Positions 23,395 through 36,890 of a stretch of DNA of 64,000 nucleotides are shown here, in pieces. The DNA is taken from contig MU053487.1 of assembly GCA_013239625.1 (NCBI GenBank), positions 62,001 through 126,000 of the forward strand, in the 5' to 3' direction. Origin of the DNA: Lama guanicoe. Lineage: Eukaryota. Positions within the stretch are counted from its first letter, which is position 1. Each line of letters begins with the position of its first letter. Made by a program: the position numbers and the translations under genes. The notes beneath the pieces were generated by a model. It was not told where the DNA came from. It saw only the letters and a list, made by a program, of their open reading frames with translations, and did not search any database.

Positions 23395-24369
23395 TCCTGC
23401 GTAGTGTTATCCGGGCCCTGCCGGCCTCCGCCGGAACGCGGGACCTTTCGCAGACTTACTCAGGAGGCCTGGCTGTCAGCAGCTCGGTGACGCGCCCGGG
23501 GGGTTGGACTTTATCCAGGATCTCCTTGCTCCTTGGCTCACCTGACAGGAGGGAGGGAGATAAACTAAGTGACGAGCTAGACCCCCAGCCCTGCATATGG
23601 GCCTGGGGGCTGCCCGGAAAACTAAACCAGGGGCCCGCCAGTGAGGACCAACCGTGTATCCGGTACGTGAGAGAAATGTAAATAATAGGTGCTCGCCCCT
23701 CAAACTCTAGGAGTGAGGTCTAGAAATACGTCCTTTTACAAGCCTTTCAGGTTATTCCAGTGCGCACTAAAATTTGAGACCCACTGTTCTAGGTTACTGT
23801 TAAATTTAGAGGTATGGTTCCAGTGTGGCAAAATCTTTCGGAATGCCAGTGCTCAAAGCACCGGGGTCTGAGGAACTTAATTCATCCTTGGGTTTTGAGA
23901 GGTAAGAGTAACAATACCTCCCCCACTTTCAGTTTTGCACTTCAGCCTCTCAACAACATCGTTGCGATGGCAAGATCTGTCTAGTGGACATCAAATAGTA
24001 TTTCTTTTTTTTTTTTAACTTGGGAAAACGAAGGCTCTACCGTGTGTTAACCTGTGCAGGACCCCTGGTTACCCACAAGATCTGAGTCTGAAGTTAAGTC
24101 TTTTGCAACCTGGTTCCCTTAACTCTCTGAAAATTACCCCCTTCTTCCTGTCACTGCAGAAGTGTCCAGCTTTAATCAAAACTGAGTTTCAGAGGAAGGA
24201 GCCTTTGGGGAAGTCGCTTTTAAGTATACATGTATATTTCTCCAGCTTTATCAAGTTATAATTGGCATTCCACAAAATTCACTGGTTTGTAACTATTTTC
24301 GACTTTTATTTTGTGAACTTTTCAAAACTTAGTTTTGAAAATTAGGAATGTATGGTTACGTTATGCTAT

Positions 24370-24785
24370 TGACAGACTCCTTGACTACACTTTAATCAGG
24401 CTCCTTTGACTGGAGACTCTTTGAGACCAGACTAGACCTAGCCTAGGCCCTCTGTGCCTGTCCTGTCCTTGCTTGCCCGGCATTGTCCACACTTAGCAAA
24501 GAATCCTGCTGAGTCAGTTTAGAGACAATCCCCCAATTCTTGATATCTGATCAAGTTTCTCATTCCCATTCCACCCCTGCTTTGACCTCTAAGTCCTTGG
24601 CCTGCCCTTAGCAAAACCCCCTTGAGATCTCTTATAATTTTCCACCCAAAAGCTGCCTATAAGTCTCCAGCTGTCTTTGCTGTGCTTAGATTTGAGACCC
24701 ATCCCCCAGCTATGGCTATAGAGTTGGCTCTTATTACAACAGCCTTGCCATTTCAGCAAGTGTCAGAATAATTTTTTCTTTAGCA
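24370..24785 (+). mobile_element. Solo LTR, ERV1 class (MER39/MER34-like)
   Basis: TG...CA termini with 4-bp TSD ctat (24366-24369 / 24786-24789); TATA-like cctataag near 24656. Confidence 0.75.
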
Positions 24786-25279
24786 CTATATATAAATTAC
24801 AATGTGTGGATCTTTTTAAAACTTAGTTTGGTTTTTAAACATTGGGATAATGGTTACAAAAGTCAAGAATAGTGGTTACTCTGGCGGGGTAAGGGCCTGA
24901 GATTGGCAGGGCTCCTGTGCAGAGGCTTCTGGGAATGGGCAACAAAGTTTTGTTTCTTGAACTGGAGGATGGTTACAAGGGCATTTGCCATAATATAACT
25001 CATTTAGTCACTTATTTGTTTTGTGTCACTTTCTGTATCTGTTTTAAGTTAAAAAGTTATTTTTTCCTTTTAAAAAGTTAAAAAATAACCATAACTATCT
25101 TCCAAAAAACCCAAAAAACTTTTATATTATGTAACAAAACAGCCAAAATTCCATTTGCTCCTTCCTTTCTCCTTTGCCACTGGACATTTCCTCTGGAAAT
25201 TGAGGAACAGGTGCTGGCTTTCCTTTCCCAGGTTCTTTATAGGCCTAGACTACCGACTTCCTCTCTCCTTTCCAAACTC

Positions 25280-25500
25280 TGCAATCCTAGCTCAGTACTA
25301 AAAAGGTACTAAAGGCTTTGGAGGCAGACAGACTTAAGTTGGAATTCAAACTCCACCACTTAGTATCTGTGTGACTGTGAGCAAGTTACTTAACCTCTCT
25401 GAGCCTTAGTTCCTTCATTAGTAAAGTAAGGATAATAATGTCAAACTCACTGGGTAGATGGGGGCGTTACCAGAGATCATGCCTATTGGAACTTGGCACC
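25280..25500. mobile_element. MIR SINE
   Basis: ctgtgtgactgtgagcaagttacttaacctctctgagcct MIR core. Confidence 0.75.
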
Positions 25501-25971
25501 TACAGGATGCTAATGGGACAGGTGATGAAATCGGAATTAGGACTGTCGTTTAACTTCCTGTTTTTGATCCGGGTACGACGTCTAAAGATTAAATAATAGT
25601 TTTGTATGAATTCATTGATTTTGATAATTGCACTGTGAGAATGTCCTTGTTTTTAGGGAAGAAAAGGGCGTCATCTCTGCAACTGCCTCAAACAGTTCAG
25701 GGGAAAAAAATGTGTATACGTGTACACACAGAAGGATGAAACAAATGTGGTAAAACGTTGACATTTGGGGAATCAATCATGGAATTCTTTGTACTGTTTT
25801 TTCAATTTTTTTCCTAAGACTGAATTCTTGCAAGAGGAAGTTAGATAAAAAAAAAATTCTTAGCACACGGCAGATTCAACTTTTCCCACCTTCTTTCCCA
25901 GCCTATAGACCTAAGGTCTATACGCAGCAGGCATTTTTTTTTAACTGAATTGAGGCAGAAAGGGTTTAGCA

Positions 25972-26305
25972 CAGGGGCTGACAAACTAAAGGCAGCAGCC
26001 CAAATCTGGCCCTCTTGCCTGTTTTTGCATGGCCTGCCAGTTAAAAATTCATTTTTACATTTTTTTAAATGGTTGAAAAAAAGTCAAAAGAAGAATAATA
26101 TTTTGTGACACTTGAAAACATTCTGAGATTCAAATGTCAGCATCCATAAATAAAGTTGTATTAGAACACAGCCACTCCCAGTCCTCTATATTCTGTGTGA
26201 GACTGCTTTGGGATTATGAGGGCAGCTGAGTAGTTGGAACAGAAACCTGATGCCCACAAAACCTAAAATATGTTCTATCTGGCCCTTTCCAGTAGAAGCG
26301 TGCCC
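25972..26305 (+). mobile_element. MER58B-like hAT-Charlie element
   Basis: caggggctgacaaacta...aaataaagttgtattagaacacagccac...ctatctggccctttcca. Confidence 0.7.
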
Positions 26306-26419
26306 AGAGAGTTTGGATTGTAGTTTGTTTCTGAGATGTTAGCCCCTGACTTTGTATTATAGTTGGGCTGGCAGTAGTAATAATACTATTGTTGTAATAA
26401 TAATACTGGATTCTTTAGC

Positions 26420-26580
26420 AGCAGCGAGTCACTCTGCCTCATGATCTAGTTGCATGTTATTATCCACATTTCACAGATGAGAAAACCGAGGCCCAGAAGA
26501 GTTAAATGACTCGCCAGTTGCCACAGAGCTAGGAAGTGATGGCGTCTCTAAAGTTGCGTTGCCTAACTTTAGAGCCCAAG
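26420..26580. mobile_element. MIR SINE
   Basis: catttcacagatgagaaaaccgaggcccagaagagttaaatgact MIR core. Confidence 0.75.
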
Positions 26581-26791
26581 TTAGTTTTACAAGGCTATGC
26601 TTCTGTGCATACCTTATTTTTCAGTTCCTGTCCAAGTGCACATACAGAGTGTGTCCTGGGTTGTAAACTCCAGGTTGTGAGGGGTATGAAATGACCTTAA
26701 GAAGGCTGTCACCCCGTAGGGACTCATCTCCGGTGAGAAAGGTGTCCACATCCACACTGGAACTAAATACAGGGCCTGCTCTGATACAGAC

Positions 26792-27063
26792 CAGTGCTAC
26801 TCGAAGTGTGGTCCGAGGACCAGTGGCATGAGATCAGTACAGAAATTCAGAGCAGGCATCTAGAAACTTGAGAAAGTTTGTCTCTTGAATGGAATAATGA
26901 AAAAAAGTGGATGTGAGTTTTATGTCTACTGTTACTTCCTTTTTCTAATAGTTGATTTTTCTGAAATTTTTACAACAGAATCAGTCCCTGAAAGAGAAGG
27001 AAGAACACTGATAACCACAGAAGCGAAACTGACCCTTCACCGGAGGTAGTTTGAGAAGCACGG
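26792..27063 (+). mobile_element. hAT-Charlie MITE (MER102-like)
   Basis: Imperfect TIRs cagtgctactcgaa / tttgagaagcacgg. Confidence 0.55.
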
Positions 27064-28398
27064 AGGCCTCATCACAAGCCTGAGAACAATGAATAGAAGA
27101 GATGTGTGCAGCCCAAGAACAGGTGAAAACTTCGTTTTTCTATCTTAACAGGACTCTGCACAAGGTAAGAAGCACTGAATGACCTATTTTCCCTTATGGT
27201 CCCAATAAGAGCTTTCCCTCAAGTCTCAGTCTCAGTTCTGAGCTGTATTTCAGTGTAAAAATTTAACTAACTTTACATTTTTAATGTTTTTAAAGTTCCA
27301 TTAAAATGATTGTAATTGGTTTTAAGAGCATTAAATGATAAATGTGAAAGGCAAGGAGGAAATCAAAGCCTGCACTAAAGAGAAATGACAGCTGAATGCC
27401 ATGCATGATCCCAGGTTGGATTTTGACCCAGGGGGAAAAAACCTGCTACAATAGACATTATTGGGAGAATTGATAAAAGTTGAAAATAGGCTATGGGTTA
27501 GAAAATAACAGTGTATCAATATTAAATTTTCTCATTTTGATGAAGATACTGTGGCTACGTTCTTAGGAAATACACGGAAATATTTCGGGGTAAAGGGTTA
27601 TAATGTCTGCAACTTCCTCTTGAATGATAATAATATGTTTATATATAATTATACATTACACCTAGTAGACATCTGCATTTTATGTTTATGGTAAGAGCAG
27701 ATTATGGTGCAAGTTAGGGCAAAATGTTAGCAACTAAAGAGTAAGGGAGAGGGCATATAGCAGTTCTGACGTCAAAGTAAAAAGTTATTTAAAAAATGAA
27801 AGATAAAGCCTCTTGCCTACAGATGCGGGCAGTTCTGCTGTGCGGTGATTCTTCTTTCTTCTCCTGAGTCTTTCGGGTTTCTGATGTGGAAAGTCCTGAG
27901 ATCTATGTCCTGGGGATAAGTTGAGCAACCAGCTAATGGGTATTGTTGTGAAACCATAAAAAGATAAAATCGTGAAATTATCAGCCAGCAGTTTCTCCAC
28001 AATCCCAGTAAGAATTCGTAGCTGTGTCCCGGGACTGGCTCACCTCTCATGACGTCATGCATGTTAAGATGCCCTTGTCCCCATGTCCTCAAGCTCCCTT
28101 CAGGAGTTAAAAACACAAAATGGCACTAGTGAGGCCAGCCTTAGGGGGAAAAATTACTTTGTTTTAAACAGTCTTTGCTCTTCTTTCTATATCATCTTTA
28201 CTGTCTGCTTCCTCAAGGTCTCCCAGCTGCTTCTTTGCAAGGTTGACTTTTCCCCCTTCATGTTTGACTTCAGTCTGTTATTTCTTCACCTGGGCCCCCA
28301 GACCTAGCCCACTCTATGTTTATAACCACATCTGCAGTCATGGTTCACATCTCTGAATGATCGCAGTAGTTATCTGGCTCAGTTGAAAGTTACAGCTA

Positions 28399-28520
28399 GG
28401 GGGAGGGTATAGCTCAGTGGTAGAGCTCATGCCTAGCGTGCATGAGGTCCTAGGTTCAATCCCCAGTACCTCCATTAAAAAATAAACTTCATTACCTAAC
28501 CCCTCAAAATAAGTAAATTA
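28399..28520 (+). mobile_element. tRNA-derived SINE (Vic-1-like)
   Basis: gggggagggtatagctcagtggtagagc...ggttcaatccccagtacctcc. Confidence 0.88.
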
Positions 28521-28782
28521 TTTATATAATCTGGGTTCTAGCTTCTCTTCAAAGATCAGACGGTCTGGCCACACCAAGCTGGGGGTCCCTTGGAGTCACA
28601 GTAGATTAGAGATGTGCATTGGGGTGTTCTTTATGCATGTGGGTCCCTCCAGCTGGCAACCATCTCCGTCTGGTCCACTGCAGGCCCCATGGGAGACTTA
28701 AGTTTGCAGCTTCTGGGTCAGAGTTTCAGTGGTAATGGGCTCACAACCCCTCTGACTACGGTATCAAACACATCTATATGAC

Positions 28783-29331
28783 GTGTCAGATTCACTAGTC
28801 TTCTGTCTCCCGAGCCCTAGGCTGCCTGCTCTACCCAGCTGCCCTTGCGGCACGTCTGCCATCCCAAACCAGCCATCTGGAGCCTCTGGCTCCTCCAGAC
28901 ACCTCTACACTCACTGGGATGAAGCCCCACGCTTCCCAAGTGGCTGCCGAAGAGGCTGGGTGGTGCAACCCAGAAGGGCAGGCGAGTTCACTGCCCCGTG
29001 GAGAACCATAGTGCAATGGGAGACTGGAAGAGGGAGAGCCAGTAAGTAAGCATCCTCTCCCTTCCTCCCTCAGATCAACTATTTCAAGGTGTGGTTTCTC
29101 TGTACAGCCTGTCTAGAGACATTCCACCAGGTCTAGTGGGTGCACCTGCCAAGAAGTTGGCTCTGTGTCTTCAAGGCTGTACTGAAGCAGTGGCCAGGCG
29201 TGATAACAGGTTACTGTGGGCTGCTCCTCATTCTTTCTTGCCTCTCTCTCCTACTGTCATGGGTTGGATCTCCCAATAAAGCATTGGCATTTAATTCTTG
29301 CCTCAGGCTCAGTTTTCTAGCCCAGGATGAG
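28783..29331 (+). mobile_element. Old ERVL-type solo LTR (LTR16/LTR33-like)
   Basis: tgtcagattcact... start; cccaataaagcattggcatttaattcttgcctcaggctc near the end. Confidence 0.55.
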
Positions 29332-29867
29332 AGAATTATTTGCTCAACATGATGACATTACTCTGAAGCCTGCACACTCTCTGTACGTATTTCCTGAGCT
29401 TTCTCCAACCTTGTTTTTTGGGGATGTCCTCTTAGATTTTGTTTTTAGGACCATAGATCACAACTCATTCCCAATTCAAACTCTAGATGTCTTAATGAAA
29501 TCTTAACTTTCTTAAGAGACCTTAAATTAAATTTAATTTAAGAAATCTTAAATCTCTTAGCTCCTCTTTCTTCATGAGGTAATCAGTGATGGCACTAGCT
29601 GAAGGAGATCTTTCCTTCCAGAAATTTCTATCGTGTTCTACCTGCATCTAACTTATAACCTTTCTCTTTCTCTGTTTTATGGCTCTTTATGGTCTATGCT
29701 GTAACTCTGGCCCTCATCTTTCTTACAGGGTTCACACTGCGGGTCTCCTATACTATTTTTTAACTTCCAGCCCCAACATTTTTCTTGTCCTTTGAAGAAG
29801 GAAGATTCCTCTGTCAGGAATCTTCTTTCTTTTCCATTTTAGCCTCCAGCAAACTTCTTTTTTTTTT

Positions 29868-29960
29868 TTTTCAACCAAAAGACATTTTTAATGGCGGTAC
29901 TGGGGATTGAATGCAGGACCTCATGCACCCTAAGCATGCTCTACCACTCTACCCCACCCC
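29868..29960 (-). mobile_element. tRNA-derived SINE, degenerate
   Basis: ggtactggggattgaatgcaggacctcatgca...gctctaccact. Confidence 0.7.
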
Positions 29961-30091
29961 ACTGTCACTCCCCACCCCCCACCCTCTTCCTCCAGCAAAC
30001 TTCTGTTCCATTTTTTTCTGACCTTTTAAAGGAGTTCAAGCATGGTCGTTTGCCAGAAACCTTCCCAGACTCTCTGTTAGACTAGATGGCT

Positions 30092-30453
30092 TGTATAGGC
30101 TGAATGTTTGTCATCCCCCCACCAATTCATATGCTGAAACCTAATCCCCAAAGTGTTGGTATTTGGAGGTGGGGGCTTTAGGGGTCTTTTGGGTGATTAG
30201 GTCATGAGGGTGGGGCCCTCATGAATGAGATTAGTGCCCTTAAAAAAAGAGACTCCAGAAAGCTCCTGTGCCCGGTCCACTAAATGAGGGCACAGTGTGA
30301 AGACAGCCATTCATGCACCAGAGAGCAATTCTCACCAGACACCAGATCTGCTAGCACCTTGGGACTTATCCTCCAGGATCATGAGAAATAATTTGTTTAT
30401 AAGGCATCCAGTCTATGGTATTTTTGTCATAGCAGCCTGAACCCACTAAGACA
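30092..30453 (+). mobile_element. MaLR solo LTR (MLT1A/B-like)
   Basis: tgtataggctgaatgtttgtc...gtctatggtatttttgtcatagcagcctgaacccactaagaca. Confidence 0.85.
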
Positions 30454-31791
30454 GTTACCCAGCCCTCTTTGGAGCCCACACAGTACTTTGTTCAGGTCTC
30501 TATTCCAGCTTTAATGGTTGGTAGTTGAAAGTTTACTCACCTGTCTTCTACAGACTTTGAGTTCCCAGCAGAAACAGTAGATACCACTTCTCTAATACAG
30601 TGCCTGGCACACAACAGTTCACTCTAAGCCAAGGTAACAAATGGAAAAAAGGAAAAATAGATGTTTTATCTCTACTCATCTGGAAGTTCCTTGCAGTTAA
30701 GGGTGTATGTCTGATTCATCTTTGCATTCCAGCACCAAGGGCAGGACCTGGTATAGAGTAGACTCTGGACAGTGTGTTGAAAGAATGAATAAATTCATGA
30801 TATGAGAGACTTCGTCATTAACGCCACCCAGGGGGACGCTGGCTCCTTTAGTGAGGAGACACGCTTAGACACGGCTCTGCTGAAGCTGAGCAGCCCCACA
30901 AGCAGGGGTCAGCCATAGTGCACGTGTCTGGTTTCATTTCATTTTACAAATTGTGTTGAATTATCATGGGAAGCAACCTGCCCACCCACAACCTTCTCCT
31001 CAAAGGCAATTCCACTTAACCTCTGCTGTCCCCCCATCTCCCTGCTCCGGGAAGAGAGGGGGACTCTTCCTCTGACTCTTTATTCTTCCCCTGACTCTTT
31101 ATTCTTCAGCCACAGTAGCCTTCTTTCTGTCTTGTGTACTGTTCATGCCTCCTGCTCCAGAGCCATCTTCTGTGGGGGCATTGGCTTGTGATATGTGGGT
31201 GGAGCCTGGGATCCGAGCAGCCCCGCGAGACTTCCCAAGCCCCACTGTCAAAGCAGAGTGGCCTGGAAGTGGCAGAGAGCTGATGGACCCAGAGGGACCT
31301 GGCCGCAGTAATGAGGATGACTCCTCAGTGGTGACCAGCTGAGATCAGAAGATGTCCCAGCAGAGGCAGCAGTGCACATGTGACAGTCTCTCCCCATGAG
31401 TCCCACCAGGTTGACTTCAAGGACAAGAGAAGGAGCCAGATGAGAAGAAAAAAATGAGGGTACCCTTCTGAAGCTTTTGGTCAATGTACTATTAGCTAAT
31501 TCTGGGTAACAGATCATCCCAGGCATCTACAGAGAGGTGTGAATTCCCTGGTGCTGGATCATCGAGGATGGACTCACTCATGCTCTAGGCAGGTGGCAGG
31601 AGTGGTGGAGAGACAATTGGGTCATAAGTCTCTCATCCTCCAGCAGGCTAGCCTAGGCTTAGAGGATTCCAAGTGCCCCAAGGGAGGGCAAGTCTCAGTG
31701 TAAAGGGAGCATTTGCTATCATCTCATTGGTCAAAGCAAATCACACAGCCAAACCTAGATCTAAAAGTTGAAGAAACTGACTCCATTTCTT

Positions 31792-31981
31792 TCTCTTCCT
31801 TCCTTCCTTTCCTTCCTTCCTTCCTTCTTCCTTTCTTCCTTCCTTCCTTCCTTCTTCCTTCCATTTCTTTCTCTTCCTTCCTTCCTTTCCTTCCTTCCTT
31901 CTTCCTTTCTTCCTTCCTTCCTTCCTTTCTCCCTTTCTTCCCTTCTTCCCTTTTTTCCTCCTTTCTTCCTTTCTTTCTTTC
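31792..31981 (+). repeat. Polypyrimidine (CCTT/CTT)n microsatellite inside an old MaLR-like LTR
   Basis: ~190 bp almost purely C/T; explains the spurious F/L/S/P-rich and K/E/G/R-rich ORFs here. Confidence 0.95.
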
Positions 31982-32914
31982 CTGACTCTATTTCTTGATG
32001 GAGAAGCTACCAAGTCACATTGAAAGGGGCATAGTTATGTAGAGGGGAGGAATCGGAAGCATTCTTGCAATCGACCACAACCAAATTTTCAGGTCCTCTA
32101 TCTTAGATGAGTTTATTTTTTTGTAGAAAGGCAATAATTCTTTGTGTATCTTGAAGTGGTTTTCCACTTCGTTTTGGCATTCCAGAAGATGGTTAACAAA
32201 TTGTGAGTTATTAAAATAGTTATCATAGCTTCCTTTCTGGGTTTATGCTGCTTCCCTTACTCATCTTTGTTAACCACCCTGGACTTAAACTAATGCTGTG
32301 AACACAGACAGGTTTGGGTGATAAGCCTTTGAATGGTTTCTTTGAGAGAAATAGCTTGGTGGAGAGACTTGACAGCCTCACAGAGCTGTCATTCATTCTT
32401 CAAGAATTTCTCGAGCACCTACAATGTGTCAGGTACTCTCCAATGTGCTAGGAACACAGTGCTAGGTAAAAGGGACCTGGACCTTACTTAGTGAAGGAAC
32501 AGTCTTAAGAGGAAAGACACATCAGACAAATAATCATAAAAATAAACAAACATTGCAACTGTGAGTTTGCTTCTTTACTTTCAGTATTATGTCTCCTTAA
32601 AACAAAAAGTTTTATTGAGGTACGACTGACATACAATAAACTGCACATATTTAAAGTATACAGTTTGGTAACCGTTGACCTGAAATTGTCACCCTAAGTG
32701 ATATTCTGATTTGATTTAGGTAGGGAGGACAGAGAAGAAATGAAAATGTCCTGAGGAGGTGATATCTGCAGTGGAATCTACAATAACAGCCCTGGGCAAA
32801 GGTCTTTCCGGAGGAACTGAGAAGACAAGTACACGAAGGAGGAAGATGTGGCCAGAGCTTAGTTTTTGGTTCAGTTGAGCCACATGTGAGATGCTTGCAT
32901 GCATGCATGCATGT

Positions 32915-33072
32915 ATTTATTTATTTATTTATTAAATTTTATTAAATTTTTGGCAGGAGGGAAGGGGAGGTAACTGGTCTATTTATTTACTTTTGGAGGA
33001 GGTACTGAGGATTGAACCCCGGACCTTGTGCATGCTAAGCATGCGCTCTACCACTTGAGCTCTACCCTCCCC
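32915..33072 (-). mobile_element. tRNA-derived SINE (Vic-1-like)
   Basis: ggattgaaccccggaccttgtgcatgctaagcatgcgctctaccacttgagctctaccctcccc. Confidence 0.88.
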
Positions 33073-33759
33073 ACCAGATGCTTTTGAATTGTTATGTCTG
33101 TGTTAGCGGGATTGAACGGTTTTCTGTTTATTGGACACTTCCTTTTGTGTGTGTGTCTGTTCTTCACACATTAAGGACATCAAGCCTCAAGCAAGATGAT
33201 CCCAGATTGGGCAGGAGGCTCAGGAGGGGACCAGGTAACCTCTTCTCCCAGCCTAGCTCCTTCCACAGGCTCACCCCACTACACACCACACACACACCAT
33301 TCAGGTCTCTGCTCAAACATCACCTCCTCATGCAATCTTCCCCACCCCATCCCATCCACTTGTTTCATTTTCTTTGTGTAACTATTGGGATTTTTTCCCC
33401 TAACTTTTTAAAAAATAGCGAGTAACTATGAAATCCTATCTTTAAAATATACATCCAGCATAAAAAATGATGCAGTGAATGTTCTCAAACTCACTCCCAG
33501 CCCCTCGCCCCCAGGTAACTGTCTCCCAATTCCCTGCCATTCCTCTCCCCTGACAGGAAACCACCATCCAAAGTTTTGTTTATGGTTCCTTTTTCATTAC
33601 AGTTTTACCTTGGTGTTTGTATGAGGTAAGACTGTATTACTTGCATTTCTAAATAATATTTTGTGAGCTTTCGTATATTTTTAAACTTTAAACAGGTGAG
33701 ATCTTTTTTTTTCTCTTTAAGGTTGAACTTTGTTGTTATGTGTAGCTGTAATTCTTTTT

Positions 33760-33906
33760 TTTTAATATTTACAAATTTTTTTCTTTTTTTAATGAGGGGG
33801 AGGTAATTGGGTTTATTTATTTATATTTGGAGGAGGTACTAGGAATTGAACCCAGGACCTCATGAATGCTAAGCTTGTGCTCTAACTGCTTGAGCTATAC
33901 TCCCCC
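33760..33906 (-). mobile_element. tRNA-derived SINE (Vic-1-like)
   Basis: SINE head on the minus strand; TSD agctgtaattcttt on both sides. Confidence 0.88.
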
Positions 33907-34299
33907 ACAGCTGTAATTCTTTCATTGTCCCCTGATGTGAAATTCTCTATGTGCACATACTTGCACTTAAAAAAAAGAAAGTCCACTGTTCTGTTTAGAG
34001 ACCACTTATTTCTGCTTTCTGCTGTTAAGAACTGTGCTACTGTCTCGTACCCAAAAAGCTTATTAATTACAAAAGAAAAAAAATGACGTGGGGAAAATGG
34101 ACACGACCTTCACAAAGTAATCAAAGTGAACACCACCAAGAAGTGGCACACACTGTGTTCCTCCTGTGATGCATGAGGAGGGTGCAGCACTGCTTCTGTG
34201 GTTTTCTAGTCCAAGAGCTTGATCTGAAACTAATTTTGAGGAAGCATCAGAGAAACCCCAGTGAAGGGCCTTTTATAAAATAACTGGGCTGTATTCTTT

Positions 34300-35160
34300 T
34301 TAAAAATAGTCTTTAGTTTTTAGAGCAGTTTTAGGTTTGCAGCAAGACTGAGCAAAAGGTACAGAGATGTTTCCATATCCTCCCTGCAACTATGCACACA
34401 CAGCCTCCCTCACTATCAGATCCCACACCGGAGGGGTACATTTATGACAACCAATGAAGCTACTTTGACACATCAAAATCACTCAGAGCCCGTGGCTTAC
34501 ATTAGGGTTCACTCTCGGTGTTGTACATCCTAGGGTTTTGCCAAATGTATAATGACATTGATCCACCATTATAGTATCATTAGAATAGTTTCACTGCCCT
34601 AAAAATCCTCTGTACTCTGCCTATTTATGCCTCCCCCCACCACCACCATTGGGCAACCACTGCTCCTTTTGCTGCCTTCAAAGTTTTGTCCTTTCCAGAA
34701 TGTCAGATAGTTGGAATCATACAGTATGTAGCCTTTTCATATTGGCTTCTTTCACTTACTAACATGCATTTAAGTTTCCTCCATGTCTTTTTGTGGCTTG
34801 ATGGCTCCTTGGTGCTGAATGGTATTCCACTGTCTGGATGTACTACTTTATTTATCCATCCACCTATTGAAGGACATTATGTTTGCTTCCAAGTTTTGGC
34901 GGTTACGTAAAAAGCTGTTATAAACATTTGTGTGCAGGTTTTCAACTTATTTCAGTAAATACCAATGAATGTAATTGCTGGATGGTATGGTAGAGTGTGT
35001 TTAGTTTGGTAGGGAACTACCAAAGTGTCTTCTCATAGTGGCTGTACCATTTTGTATTGCCACCAGCAGTGAATGAGAGTTCCTGCTGCTCCACATCCTT
35101 GTCAGCATTTGGCGTTGTTAGTTATTTTGAATTTTGGCCATTCTAATAGGTGTGTAGTCG
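34300..35160 (-). mobile_element. Old L1 3' fragment (L1MC/MA-like), antisense
   Basis: tttttagagcagttttaggtttgcagcaa...agttggaatcatacagtatgtagcc...ggccattctaataggtgtgtag. Confidence 0.8.
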
Positions 35161-35829
35161 GTCTTGTAGTTTTGGCTTGTGTTCTTAAAGAATGTCAATG
35201 ACATAACAAGAAAAGCTGAAGAAGAGGTTCAGATGACAGAACACTAAATAGAAGTGACAACTAGCCACAATACAGGGTCTTGGACTGCATCCTGTCCAGG
35301 GGTTAAAAAGTGTAAGACATTATTAGGACAGTTGACAGAACTGGAATAGGGAATGTAGATTAGTCTTCTAGCAATGTTAAGTTTCCTGAGTTTGATCATT
35401 GCCTATATTATCATTCTTAGAACATGCATATTAAAAGATTAAGGTGTAAGTGGCTTAAAAATGCAATCTATTCTCAAATGAATCAGAAAAAATATAGATA
35501 AATACAAAGAAAGGAAATGTGGATGAGGGAAATATGGGAGTTGTTTGTACTATCCTTGCCACTTTTCTGTAAATTACTTAAAAAGAAAAACTTTAAGGAA
35601 TTAAAAAAAATAATAGTACTGCCTTTAACATTCCATCCACATCTTCTAATGCACACAGATTTCTGGACTGTATTCAGAAGAGGGAAATTGCAGAGTCATA
35701 AAGTGTGTGTATCTTCAACTTGATTAGCTTAATAATTTACAAAATGCCATGCCCCTGACATCCTTATTAATTTTTATTCATGCACCACCTTTCTCTCTCA
35801 CTGAAATGTGAGGTCGTTCGCTGTGCCAT

Positions 35830-36003
35830 CAAAGTGTAGGCCGTAGAATCGCAGCATCAGCCTTACCAGGGTGCCGGCTAGAATTGCAAATATTCAGACC
35901 ACCCCACCCCCGCCAGGCTTGCTGAATCAGAAACTCTGGGGGCACGTCCAGGAATCTGCGTTTTCCCAAGTCCTCTAAGTGATTATAAAGTCTAAGCAGC
36001 GCT
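35830..36003. mobile_element. MER5-like MITE just upstream of the CRTAP promoter
   Basis: caaagtgtagg...gcagcatcagc...ctgaatcagaaactctgggg...aggaatctgcgttttcccaag. Confidence 0.6.
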
Positions 36004-36019
36004 ATCTGTGATTCACTAG

Positions 36020-36796
<777 letters not shown>

Positions 36797-36828
36797 TAGG
36801 CCCGGGCCCCGCCCCTCCGCCCAGGCCA

Positions 36829-36890
36829 CGCCCCCGGATCGGGCCCGGGCCCCGCCCCCGGATCGGGGGCCCCGCCCCCGGATCGGGGGC
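36829..36890 (+). repeat. GC-rich 20-bp tandem repeat (cccgcccccggatcgggggc x2 plus a partial copy)
   Basis: Exact copies at 36851-36870 and 36871-36890; partial copy at 36829-36843. Confidence 0.9.

Larger units (their letters stand above)
22300..23500 (-). promoter_or_regulatory. CpG island / promoter shared by GLB1 and TMPPE
   Basis: Very high GC and CpG density around GLB1 exon 1; tandem GC boxes (ccgcc)n at ~23308-23334; no TATA box seen. Confidence 0.9.

Noticed and set aside
28399..28472. tRNA-like sequences with A/B boxes (here and in the other SINE heads)
   Set aside because: Followed by SINE tails, often with TSDs, and diverged; these are SINEs, not tRNA genes.
31072..31107. 17-bp direct repeat ctgactctttattcttc x2
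   Set aside because: Ordinary slippage micro-duplication; two units with no spacer array, so not CRISPR-like.
31713..32013. Low-complexity hydrophobic or charged ORFs
   Set aside because: Translations of a (CCTT)n microsatellite.
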